From positions 1,364,001-1,428,000 of the forward strand of contig OZ374560.1 of assembly GCA_977862235.1 (NCBI GenBank): DNA of 64,000 nt. Direction: 5' to 3'. The notes beneath the pieces are model-generated. The model ran no database searches. It was not told where the DNA came from and saw nothing but the letters and a program-made list of their open reading frames with translations. Of this stretch, positions 49,447 through 60,216 are shown one piece after another. The translations under genes and the position numbers were made by a program. The DNA comes from Dudresnaya verticillata. Lineage: Eukaryota. Within the stretch, counting starts at the first letter, position 1. Every line of letters starts with the position of its first letter.

Positions 49447-51481
49447 GAGCGCTTATCCCGGGACCGCGTGGTATGGGCGCCAACCCCACCAGGGAACACC
49501 ACCCCCGCAACCGTGAAACCACCGGGGCCACCTCACGTACTGGGGCCCATTACCCCCACGTCAACTGACGAAGGAGCAGCAACCCCAGACACGCCGCAGG
49601 CGGACCCGGCAGGAGGCACAGGGACACCGCGAAGCACGGACGACTCGCGAGAACGACTGAATGCAACGCCGCGCAGTCGCGGGTTAGCAGAGCTCTCGCC
49701 CTTCGCCGCTAACCCCGACGACGTTGTATCGCAATCCGTCTCCGACGAGGAGGAGGGTCCAGGCATCCGCACACGAATGGGACACGTAACCTCGGCTTCG
49801 CCGGCTACCAAGGTAGGTTCCGCGTCGAGCGCATCGACTGACGTTGAGGAAGACCGCGCTAACGCGAAGGACGCCGCTAGAAGCGAGGAACCAGTACGCA
49901 AAAGCGACGAACCACAACCCGCTACGCAAGCGCTCGGGGCACCGCCCCAACGCCTTAGGCGATCGACTCGTCGAGTACGGTTTGCAGAACCGGTGCAGAC
50001 GCCCATCACGCAACAGAGTGAACCGCCCCAGGCGTTAGAAAGGCAGGAGCCCACGTCGACCGCTACAAGCGCGACGGAGTACGTTATCGAACGGGTTGAG
50101 TCGCACGCACACGCAGACGACGGCGAGATCCTCTATCGCGTCAAGTGGTTTGGATACCCCGCTTCAGCGAATACCTGGGAACCAGTGTCCAGTCTACCGC
50201 GATCGCACGTTGTGCGGTACCACCGTCAGAAGCACACGCGCCTGCCGCCAAACATCGACGACGAGCAACGCGGGTAACCCTAGTCAGGGTGGACGCTGGA
50301 AGCGACAACACACGCCACATACAAATTGACGCAGACGTGCACTCGTTACGAACGACGGGGGCTGTAATCAACCGGATCAAGGACGATTGGGTTGGCGACA
50401 CGCGAATAGGCAACCCTCTTCGGAGGGGGTCCGTAAGGACAGGACGGCTGACAGTAGTCAGGAGGCGTGGAGGGCGCACGCACCACACGAAATCGGACAA
50501 CAAACGAAATGGAAAATTTAATGTGAAAACAATAACGCGAAGGCACCAGCCAGGCGGCGGCGCCCAACAAACGAGAACCTGACAAGTGTGTGCCCAGCAC
50601 TACGAACGCCCACGAGGCACCCGAGCACGGACGCGACCGACCGTCTCCGACGTCCTCGCCCAGGCGTGCCACCCACGGCCAAGTCCGAAACTCGCCACCC
50701 TTACGGGCGGCGCACGCAACCGCCTCGAGGGTGACGCCCACGAACGTCAACGACGTTTCTCAAGTCGAGAAAGGGGTCGCCCGCAAACACGAGAGAAGAA
50801 GCAGTCGTCGAAGACGGAGTTGGGCTACGTTTCGTGCACGACGCGCTAATAGCAAAAATGACTCCGCCGCTGGGCGCGGCAGCCGCACCCAGGAGTCGCA
50901 GGAAACGCTCCCAACGCGCGGCGCATCGCCAACCTAACCGTCCCCGACGCTAACCCAACATGCCCTAGGTCAAGGACGAAAAGCCAACCAACGAACGGCT
51001 CCCCAACTACACATTCGCTTAACAAGCGGAATCACAATTTGAAGCAAAACGACTAAGTCGGCATAAGAACACGGGCCCTCCCAAAAGGGCTTACGCTACT
51101 GTAGCGGCATCAAGAAAAGGGAAAAACGCCATCAAGGCGGCACCACCCCAAGCTTTTACGCAAACGCTACTACAGCGGACAGACAACAACAACGTCTATA
51201 CGAACGGGACCCGTCGGCTACCTACTGCTCGCTATCGCAGCGCTCTACATCAAGCGGACACATAAGCAACTACGTTGGACAACGGTCAAGTTTATTCGGG
51301 CTTCACAAGCGAGGGTAACCCCCGTGCCTGCATGACCTTCCACTACGACCTACGTCGTGAGACGCGGCACTAACCGTCTATGACGTATGAATCCCTCGCT
51401 CGCCGCCCCACCACGGGGCAGGCAAAGCGACACCACACGCGCTCTCGCGTTCGCTAACCGTTCTTAACGATCTAACAAAGG

Positions 51482-53788
51482 CTACGCCTTTTTCGTCGCA
51501 GACGGCTCAAGTGGGGCCTCATCCCCAACGCCATTGGCGGACTCTCTTAACGCCTCTTCATAGAGGTCGTCCTCCGTCACCGACGGTACGCTCGCAGCAG
51601 GGGCAGGAACGGACCGCAAGGGACCAGCCACAACCACTGCTGTCGAAGTCGCGACACCCGCCGCTGGCGTCGCATCTGGCTCGCAATCCGCCTTAGGCGG
51701 CGACTGTCCGCCAACCGCCATAGGCGCAACGTTGGAATCATTGTCCGCCTCAGGCGCTACACCAGGAAGCTCACTCGTCTTTGGCAGCGGAGCATCCTCA
51801 ACCGCCTTGGGCGAAGTCGACGGCCCCGGCACCTCCGGTGACGGGACCGCATTAACCGCCAAAGGCGTTGAACGATCAACATCCGTCATCGACGAAGAGG
51901 CCACTGGAGCCTGCGAAGCCGCCGTAGGCGCTGCCACCGCACTCGCCTTTGGCGGACTTTTGTTAACAACGTCAGTGGACGCAATGGCGGACGAATCCGC
52001 ACAACCCGCCTTAGGCGACAACGGCTTTTTCGCCACTCCGTCATTAGACGCCGCACCTTCGTCGTTAGACGGCACAGTCGCAACGACGGCCGACGCCGAG
52101 GACGCAGCAACGCTGGGCTGCAGAGCAGCCAGCAGCCAGTGCCCGAGGGGCGTCGTGGATGACCCGCCCGACCCGTCAGTGACGACACCGGTGGCCCGCA
52201 AGAATGCGAGCACCGTGCGGCGCTGCTCCTCAGTCCATTCTGGCACTGCAGGAGGGCGGTTCGCATCGTCAGCGACGTTAGAAACTCCGCCTTGAGGCGT
52301 AGCTGCAGACGCAGAACTCGCCACGGGCGCAGCCATGATAGCATCACCATCACCGTCATTGACGGGCGCCGAGAGATCCAATGGCGCAACCGACGGCAAG
52401 CCAACAGGCACAACAGCCGACGGCCCTACCGCCGCTGGCGAAATCGTCGCGGGAGCTGACGCCCCCGCAGCAAGCTCAACCGCCATAGGCGTAACGACGT
52501 CCGTCCCAGACGGGTTAACCGGTCCGCTGTTAGCGTGAAACGCATCCTCCTCCGCCATCAAGGTGCTCAAGTGGGGTGGGAAATCCCCCGCAAAGTCGCA
52601 ATTCTTGCGCAACCCACGTGGGTGATTCGCTGGCGTGAAGCGGTCCGTTCGACGATGACTCTTAGCGATGTTCTCCGTCGTAAGACATTTGGTCCACGGG
52701 TTGTACCATACCCAATCGCCACAGGCGGAATGATTCCTACTCATCGCGTAACGCGGACGGTTTGCCTTACGGCGCCGGTTTCCCGGCGGCACAGCTACCG
52801 GGTCGTCCCAGTTGACGTTATCCGCCACATGGCGTAAATCCCAGAACTCTTGGCAGTTCCTGGCACCACCCAGCACTTCGGTCAAGTCAAGCCCACCAAG
52901 GAGGCTGAATACGCGTGGCGGCACATAATAGAGCCGGAAGGTGTCATACACCTCCCACATCCATGCGTAAGTTACGTTGACGACCCACTCGGTGAAAAAT
53001 ACGATCCAACATCAGGAGTACGGATCCGTCCGCAACTCGGAGCCAATATACGTGACACACGGAGGCAATTCAGCCGCAAAGCCCTCGCAGACCTCAAAGT
53101 CTCGCCACATCGGCGGGACGCGAATGAAGCAATGCGGCAACTTTTCCCGCTCAATGCGATCGACCTGCGTATCTTGATACGGTACAAAAACGCCTTTGCG
53201 GCGGCGCGTTTCGCACTCCCAACGGACGCAGCGCTCCCAATAGAAGGTACCCGTCCTATGCAAGTATCGGAAATCCGCTTTCAAGCGTACACCAAGGAGG
53301 TTAGCCTCCTGAAGCACCCGCGGCTCAGCCGAAACAGCCACATGGCTTAACGACAACGTCCCAAGACGGTCTCCATAACCCACCTCGCCATTTGTGCGGT
53401 ACTGCCCTGCGTCAAATTCAAAGACGGTGGGCGTCAATACCGACCCCGGATAGCGGGTAAACCGCCGATACACGTCAACGACGAAACGCGCATGTGCATC
53501 TGCACGCGTCTGGTCAGCGGCAATACGCAGCCAACCCCGCGGAATGGCGCACCGGTGGCGCCACTCGTTCGTCCACACGACGGCCAGGGGCAACTACCCT
53601 GGCAAAAATCCGCTCACAACGTAATGGGTGATGAGATCCTCGTGTCGCAGGGCCTCCTGGTCGAACCAGGGGGCCCGCGGGAATAATCGCGCATCGTTGC
53701 GGGGCGTCCTCCCGACGAAGTCGAAGGGGGACGGATACACCGGCGCCGCCGAAGGCGCAGCCACTTGCAGGCCATTGAACTGCGCCAT
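51482..53788 (-). pseudogene. Antisense extra ORF, copy 1 (premature stops at 53594 and 53012)
   Basis: Colinear with 54593-56899; GAG>TAG and CGA>TGA changes. Confidence 0.85.
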
Positions 53789-54592
53789 TACGTCTGAGAC
53801 GTTGAGTAATCACACGCAACTGGCGGACTTCACACGATACGTCAACGACGGTCTCGGACTCCGCAGTGGAGTCAACTACGCCAAATGCGGAAGCAAACAC
53901 GGCACACGTCAACGACGCTGGACTGAACAACGCCGAAGGCAGACCTCAAAGAAACGCCCTAGGCGATGAGCGCACTCACGCGTGCACAAGATACGACGTC
54001 AACGACGGGGTCTCACGCACGCCACGGGCGAAGTTAGTCAACAACACGTCTTCGACGGGAGTTTTTGCTGCGCCAACAGGTCAAGGACGAAAAGCCAACC
54101 AACGAACGGCTCCCCAACTACACATTCGCTTAACAAGCGGAATCACAATTTGAAGCAAAACGACTAAGTCGGCATAAGAACACGGGCCCTCCCAAAAGGG
54201 CTTACGCTACTGTAGCGGCATCAAGAAAAGGGAAAAACGCCATCAAGGCGGCACCACCCCAAGCTTTTACGCAAACGCTACTACAGCGGACAGACAACAA
54301 CAACGTCTATACGAACGGGACCCGTCGGCTACCTACTGCTCGCTATCGCAGCGCTCTACATCAAGCGGACACATAAGCAACTACGTTGGACAACGGTCAA
54401 GTTTATTCGGGCTTCACAAGCGAGGGTAACCCCCGTGCCCGCATGACCTTCCACTACGACCTACGTCGTGAGACGCGGCGCTAACCGTCTAAGACGTATG
54501 AATCCCTCGCTCGCCGCCCCACCACGGGGCAGGCAAAGCGACACCACACGCGCTCTCGCGTTTGCTAACCGTTCTTAACGATCTAACAAAGG

Positions 54593-56899
54593 CTACGCCT
54601 TCTTCATCGCAGACGGCTCAAGTGGGGCATCATCCCCAACGCCATTGGCGGATTCTCTTAACGCCTCTTCATAGAGGTCGTCCTCCGTCACCGACGGTAT
54701 GCTCGCAGCAGGGGCAGGAACGGACCGCAAGGGACCCGCCACAACCACTGCTGTTGAAGTCGCGACATCCGCCGCTGGCGACGCACCTGTCTCACAACCC
54801 GCCTTAGGCGATGACTGTTCGTCAACCGCCATAGGCGCAACGTTAGAGTCATTATCCGCCTTAGGCGCTACAACAGGAAGCTCACGCGCCTTTGGCGGCG
54901 GAGCATCCTCAACCGCCTTGGGCGCAGTCGACGGCCCCGGCACCTCCGGTGACGAGACCGCATTAACCGCCAAAGGCGTTGAACGATCAACAACCGTCAC
55001 CGACGAAGAGGCCACTGCAGCCTGCGGGACCGCCGTAGGCGCTACCACTGCACTCGCCTTTGGCGTACTTTTGTTACCAACGTCAGTGGACGCAATGGCG
55101 GACGAACTCGCACAACCCGCCTTAGGCGACAAAGGCTTTTTCGCCTCTCCGTCATTAGACGCCACACCTTCGTCGTTAGACGGCGCAGTCGCAACGACGG
55201 TCGACGCCGGAACCGCAGCAACGCTGGGCTGCAGAGCAGCCAGAAGCGAGTGCCCGAGGGGCGTCGTGGATGTTCCGCCCGATCCGTCAGTGACGACACC
55301 GGTGGCTCGCAAGAATGCGAGCACCGTGCGGCGCTGCTCCTCAGTCCATTCGGGCACTGCAGGAGGGCGATTCGCACCGTCAGCGACGTTGGACAAGCCG
55401 CCTTGAGGTGTAACTGCAGACACAGAACTCGCCATGGGCGCAGCCATGATGGCATCACCATCACCGTCATTGACGGGAGCCGAGAGATCCAACGGCACAA
55501 CCGACGGCAAGCCAACAGGCACCACAGCCGACGGTCCTACCGCCGCTGGCGAAATCGTCGCGGGGGCTGTCGCTCCCGCAGAAAGCTCAACCGCCATAGG
55601 CGTAACGACGTCCGTCCCAGACGGGTTAACCGGTCCGCTGTTAGCGTGGAAGGCATCCCCTTCCGCCATCAAGGCGCTCAAGTGGAGCGGGAAATCCCCC
55701 GCAAAGTCGCAATTCTTGCGCAACCCACGCGGGTGATTCGCTGGCGTGAAGCGGTCTGTACGACGATGGCTCTCAGCGATGTTCTCCATCGTAAGACGTT
55801 TGGTCCACGGGTTGTACCATACCCAATCGCCACAGGCGGAATGATTCCTACTCATCGCGTAACGTGGACGGTTTGCCTTTCGGCGCCGGTTTCCCGGCGG
55901 CACAGCTGCCGGGTCGTCCCAGTTGACGTTATCCACCACATGGCGTAAATCCCAGAACTCTTGGCAGTTCCTGGCACCACCCAGAACTTCGGTCAAGTCA
56001 AGCCCACCAAGGAGGCTGACTACGCGTGGCGGCACATAATAGAGCTGGAAGGTGTCATACACCTCCCACATCCATGCGTAAGTTACGTTGACGACCCACT
56101 CGGTGAAAAATACGATCCAACATCGGGAGTACGGATCCGTCCGCAACTCGGAGCCAATATACGTGACACACGGAGGCAATTCAGCCGCAAAGCCCTCGCA
56201 GACCTCAAAGTCCCGCCACAACGGTGGGACGCGAATGAAGCAATGCGGCAACTTTTCCCGCTCAATGCGATCGACTTGCGTATCTTGATACGGCACAAAA
56301 ACGCCTTTGCGGCGGCGCGTTTCGCACTCCCAACGGACGCAGCGCTCCCAATAGAAGGTGCCCGTCCTATGCAAGTATCGGAAATCCGCTTTCAAGCGTA
56401 CACCAAGGAGGTTAGCCTCCTGAAGCACCCGCGGCTCAGCCGAAACAGCCACATGGCTTAATGACAACGTCCCAAGACGGTCCCCATACCCAACCTCGCT
56501 ATTTGTGCGGTACTGCCCTGCGTCAAATTCAAAGACGGTGGGCGTCAATACCGATCCCGGATAGCGCGTAAACCGTCGATACACGTCAACAACGAAACGC
56601 GCATGCGCATCTGCACGCGTCTGACCGGCGGCAATACGCAGCCAACCTCTCGGAATGGCGCACCCATGGCGCCACTCGTTCGTCCACACGACAGCCAGGG
56701 GCAACTCCCCTGGCAAAAATCCGCTCACAGCGTAATGGGTGATGAGATCCTCGTGTCGCAGGGCCTCCTGGTCGAACCAGGGGGCCCGCGAGAATAATCG
56801 CGCATCGTTGCGGGGCGTCATCCCGACGAAGTCGAAGGGGGACGGATACACCGGCGCCGCCGAAGGCGCAGCCACTTGCAAGCCATTGAACTGCGCCAT
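54593..56899 (-). CDS. Antisense extra ORF, copy 2, intact 768 aa, unknown function
   Basis: Starts MAQFNGLQV; ~400-aa aromatic-rich globular N-terminal region plus an A/P/S/V-rich disordered tail; antisense to gag-pol. Confidence 0.8.
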   Translation of the reverse strand: MAQFNGLQVAAPSAAPVYPSPFDFVGMTPRNDARLFSRAPWFDQEALRHEDLITHYAVSGFLPGELPLAVVWTNEWRHGCAIPRGWLRIAAGQTRADAHARFVVDVYRRFTRYPGSVLTPTVFEFDAGQYRTNSEVGYGDRLGTLSLSHVAVSAEPRVLQEANLLGVRLKADFRYLHRTGTFYWERCVRWECETRRRKGVFVPYQDTQVDRIEREKLPHCFIRVPPLWRDFEVCEGFAAELPPCVTYIGSELRTDPYSRCWIVFFTEWVVNVTYAWMWEVYDTFQLYYVPPRVVSLLGGLDLTEVLGGARNCQEFWDLRHVVDNVNWDDPAAVPPGNRRRKANRPRYAMSRNHSACGDWVWYNPWTKRLTMENIAESHRRTDRFTPANHPRGLRKNCDFAGDFPLHLSALMAEGDAFHANSGPVNPSGTDVVTPMAVELSAGATAPATISPAAVGPSAVVPVGLPSVVPLDLSAPVNDGDGDAIMAAPMASSVSAVTPQGGLSNVADGANRPPAVPEWTEEQRRTVLAFLRATGVVTDGSGGTSTTPLGHSLLAALQPSVAAVPASTVVATAPSNDEGVASNDGEAKKPLSPKAGCASSSAIASTDVGNKSTPKASAVVAPTAVPQAAVASSSVTVVDRSTPLAVNAVSSPEVPGPSTAPKAVEDAPPPKARELPVVAPKADNDSNVAPMAVDEQSSPKAGCETGASPAADVATSTAVVVAGPLRSVPAPAASIPSVTEDDLYEEALRESANGVGDDAPLEPSAMKKA

Positions 56900-57363
56900 T
56901 ACGTCTGAGACGTTGAGCAACCACACCCCGCTGGCGAACTTCACACGAATACGTCAACGACGGTCTCGGACTCCGAAGTCAAGTCAACTACGCCGAAGGC
57001 GGAAGCAAACAAGGCACACGTCAACGACGCCGGACTGAACAACACCGAAGGCGGACCTCAAAGAAACGCCTTAGGCGATAAGCGCACGCACGCGTGCACA
57101 AGATACGACGTCAACGACGGGGTTTCACGCACGCCACTGGCGAAGTTAGTCCACAACACGTCTTCGACGGGAGTTGTTGCTGCGCCAACGGCGGGTTGAC
57201 AACTGAACGTGCGTCTTTGACGGGGCTCAACCAACGCCAAGGGCGGGCAAACGCAGACGCGAAGACGCGGGTGGCCGACACGATCGGCACTGGAAGAGAC
57301 GCAGACGCGGGAAGGGAGGCAGGCTGAAGCGGGTTGACGTGTTTGCGTTTTCGGAGGGGGTCG

Positions 57364-58280
57364 TGTAGTGCCAGGGGGGGTCCCCCGTTTTCGCTTTCAA
57401 GCGTTGATATGCAGCGTCTACCGACGGACGACCGCCAACGGCGCGCTCAACCCGCCCGCGGCGCAAACACGTCACCGACGCATGCCGCTGGCCACTTGGG
57501 CCAGAACGGCTCGCTGGGCGTGCAGACCGCACGCCTGAACCCGGCCACTGTACGGCGCCACGCGTACGCGCGTGGCGCAGTGGCGGGAACGTTCGCTGTA
57601 AGCGTGGCCCGAATCCGGATCCAATCGGGATCCCACATCGGGATCCCACATCGGGATTAAGGGGTGTAAGGCACGCGCCTGTAAGCCTGGCGCATCCGCA
57701 TCGCTGGCCCGAATCCGAACTGGATCGGGATTGGTGCGGATCGAGATCGCTCGCGCCATGGGGCGCATGCGGCTGTAAGGAAAGGATCCACGTGTGAGTG
57801 TAAGGATTCGAGCGGGGAAGCTACGCGTGATCTGTCAGGAGCGCGGCTGCATGACGGACGGATCTGTCAGACGCGCCTCGGGAGAACACGTGTCCCGAGT
57901 TCCCGCGTTACGCGTACATCCGCGTCGCCGCCGCTAGGTAATCCTGTACTTAGTTGATCCGTCTCAGACGTCACAGTAAACCCCGGCAAGCCGGCCTTGG
58001 TCCAGACTTCCCCGTTCCGCACGCGCCTACCCTACCGCTGCCTACGGCTAAGCGTCTACCTCCCGTGCTTCCACGTCTACCATCGTCCTTGACGTGTTCC
58101 CTTTCTGTTTCCTTTTCCCTTCCTTCACACTTTCCGCCTCGGGCGTTTACAGTCCGCCCAAGGCGTGTTCCTTTGCTCTACCAACAAGCCGCCCACGGCG
58201 GGACCACCCATCGCCAAGGGCGCAGCTACCCACCGAGCCCGAACTGCTCGGCGGTGTCCGTCAACGACGTTTGCACTACA
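57364..58280 (+). repeat. Gypsy-2 3' LTR (917 bp)
   Basis: Direct repeat of the 5' LTR, with the PPT immediately upstream. Confidence 0.95.
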
Positions 58281-60216
58281 ACAGTGCGAGACTTCCCCGC
58301 GTCTCCGTGGACTTCGTTATACCACAGCGATAGACGTGGAAGCACGGGAGGTAGACGCTTGAGCCGTAGGCAGCGGTAGGGTACGCACGTGCGGAAGGGG
58401 GAAGTCTGGACCAAGGCAGGCTTGTCCGGGGTTTACTCAGCGTCTCAGACGGATTAACTAATATGCTACGTGGGCGACGGCGGCGGGCGCGGTGCGCGGG
58501 AACTCAGGACGCGTGTCGCGCCGTCGAGTGTCTGACACGTCGTCGTCGCCATGCAGCCGCGTGCCCGGGAGCTCAGGAGTAGCATACAGGCGTGCATGCG
58601 AGTAATGGGTGACTTACAGGCGCATGCGTGTAGCAGTGCGGGTGATCCCGATTCGGATCCAGATCCCCGCCAGCATTGCTGGTGCGCGGCCATTACAGGC
58701 GCGCTACCTACATCACTGTGGATCCCGATGCCGGATCCCGATGTCCCATCCGGATCCGATCCGGATCCGGGCCACGCTTACAGGCGTGCGCCTTGCGCCT
58801 TGCCGATCGGGATGATGCATCCGGATCTGCCCGTACAGTGTGCGTGTGCGCCGCGCCGCGCGGGGTAACGGCGGCCGTATGCCCGTGGGCCAATCGTCCA
58901 TGACGTTTTCGCGCGCCAACGGTGGTTGAAGTGCCGTCGGTAGACATTGGCATATAATACGCTCACAGCGAAAAAGGGGCAGCCCTCCCCTTGCATCACA
59001 GATAGGGCTTGTAGACGCCCAATGCAAGGGAACAACGGTGGCACCGTAGGAAGACCAGAAAATGGGTACAGCCCAAAGCACACACCGCTGTCGGTTTAGT
59101 GCGGGGCCCTGCTACTCAGGGGCCCAATCAATACAGTGGGAAGCCGGAAATGCTACCCACTCTAAGTTATACTTATAATACTGACAGTTACCCAATACTG
59201 TACAGTAAAGGTGGATTACAATCCAAAGATAGAAATGAGTGGTAGTACCATTATGAGTTACAGGCGCGCTGCTGTTTTGCGCGCCATGCAAAAAACACCG
59301 GAGGGGCAAATGTACCATAATAATCCAATTTGTGCATACCAAAATCTAGCTTCGGAATGCAGATTTTTCTGCCCTTCGTCAGAGTTCTTTTCAAAATACC
59401 AGAGGTACATATTGGTACTCTTTGCTGATGCCATTTTTGAAACTTATATATTCCTAGTATTCCAATTTAACTCCAAAGCATTCCAAAATGCTTTTATAAG
59501 AATTTTAAAGCTCTCGAACATACGTTTGTAAATACCAAAAGTACATATTAAGTCCTGGATACGTTTCAGAAACTATACATTGCGAGGTCATTGAATTATT
59601 TTCTGCAACCCCTAAAACGCCAGAATTAACGGTACAGAATCCTACATTCGAGTTCTCAAAATAGCTAGTCTGGAACTTCTCACGTGCACGGGGTAACACT
59701 GGAATGCATACCTACTGCGCATGTTCTCCTCATATCAATGTGACACATTTTATACCTCGACAGCGTAAGAAATCTACATTATCTGGCAGATTTTCCAAGC
59801 TTTACGCGTTGCGAATGAAATAATAAAACTCCGAAATGCCAGCAATTAGATATTTATTTTCTACATCTTGAGTAAGACTTTTCTGAGATTTAGAGTAACA
59901 CGTTCCGAAGTTCAATACTGGTTTCAGCTGAAACCAGTATTGAACTTCTAGAAGATGCATTGCCTTTCTTATCATTGGGTCTATATCGATTTTCGACTCC
60001 TGCATCTGTCATTTTTCCAAAAACTGCGTGATGAATCCTTCCTGTTCGGGCATGCAATACCCGAAAACGCCAACAAGATATCGGGCACTCAAGGTTTTTA
60101 GTTCTCTACTCTTGAGTCATAGTTATCAATCATTGGATATCACAATTTCCAGAAATCTTCGCACACGTCAAATATATGAATCATAGATATATGCATCATT
60201 TACCAACAAATATCCT

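Larger units (their letters stand above)
27088..50277 (+). pseudogene. pol: Gypsy-2 Pol (to 31158, resuming at 49451): frameshift ~29465, stop 29970-29972, integrase interrupted by the DNA transposon, C-terminal chromodomain
   Basis: LDTGA, YLDD, DCDAS, SIDILG/SDNG/VERFN and GPY motifs; the rejoined junction reads GERERLSRDRV; chromodomain EYVIERV..YRVKWFGY..NTWEP. Confidence 0.9.
50967..57189. repeat. Tandem duplication of a 3111-bp unit in the Gypsy-2 3' region
   Basis: Units start AGGTCAAGGACGAAAAGCC at 50967 and 54078; the ORF stops at 51482 and 54593 are also 3111 apart. Confidence 0.95.
23746..58280 (+). mobile_element. Gypsy-2: Ty3/Gypsy chromovirus (~16.2 kb without the nested insert) with a long 3' region carrying antisense ORFs
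   Basis: LTRs 23746-24569 and 57364-58280 with TGTAGTGC..GCACTACA ends; TSD ACAGT at 23741-23745 and 58281-58285; PBS at 24572; PPT at 57350-57362. Confidence 0.95.
13834..58326. mobile_element. Solo LTR B (~845 bp when rejoined: 13834-13839, 22948-23745, 58286-58326), target of both full Gypsy insertions
   Basis: Reconstructed termini TGTGGTATA..TATACCACA form a 9-bp inverted repeat; degenerate TSD GTGGT/GCGAT; internal repeats at ~23030-23220 and 23697-23741. Confidence 0.7.
13638..59000 (-). mobile_element. Solo LTR A (related to the Gypsy-2 LTR), split into 13638-13833 and 58327-59000 by nested insertions
   Basis: Termini TGTGGTGCAA..TTGCATCACA; TSD GATAG at 13633-13637 and 59001-59005. 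Both halves match consecutive parts of the Gypsy-2 LTR in reverse complement. Confidence 0.85.

Noticed and set aside
31158..49447. Alternative boundary with a 2-bp TSD (AG) and CAAC..GTTG ends
   Set aside because: Equivalent at the sequence level, but the transposase motifs are Sola/DUF7869-like, which favours a 4-bp TSD. Other copies are needed to settle it.
51732..56461. Plus-strand ORFs overlapping the antisense extra ORFs
   Set aside because: Shadow frames of a GC-rich coding sequence with non-ATG starts.
59117..60216. AT-rich block starting CAGGGG, possibly a hAT-like end or decayed transposase
   Set aside because: No partner TIR in the window and no recognisable protein motif.
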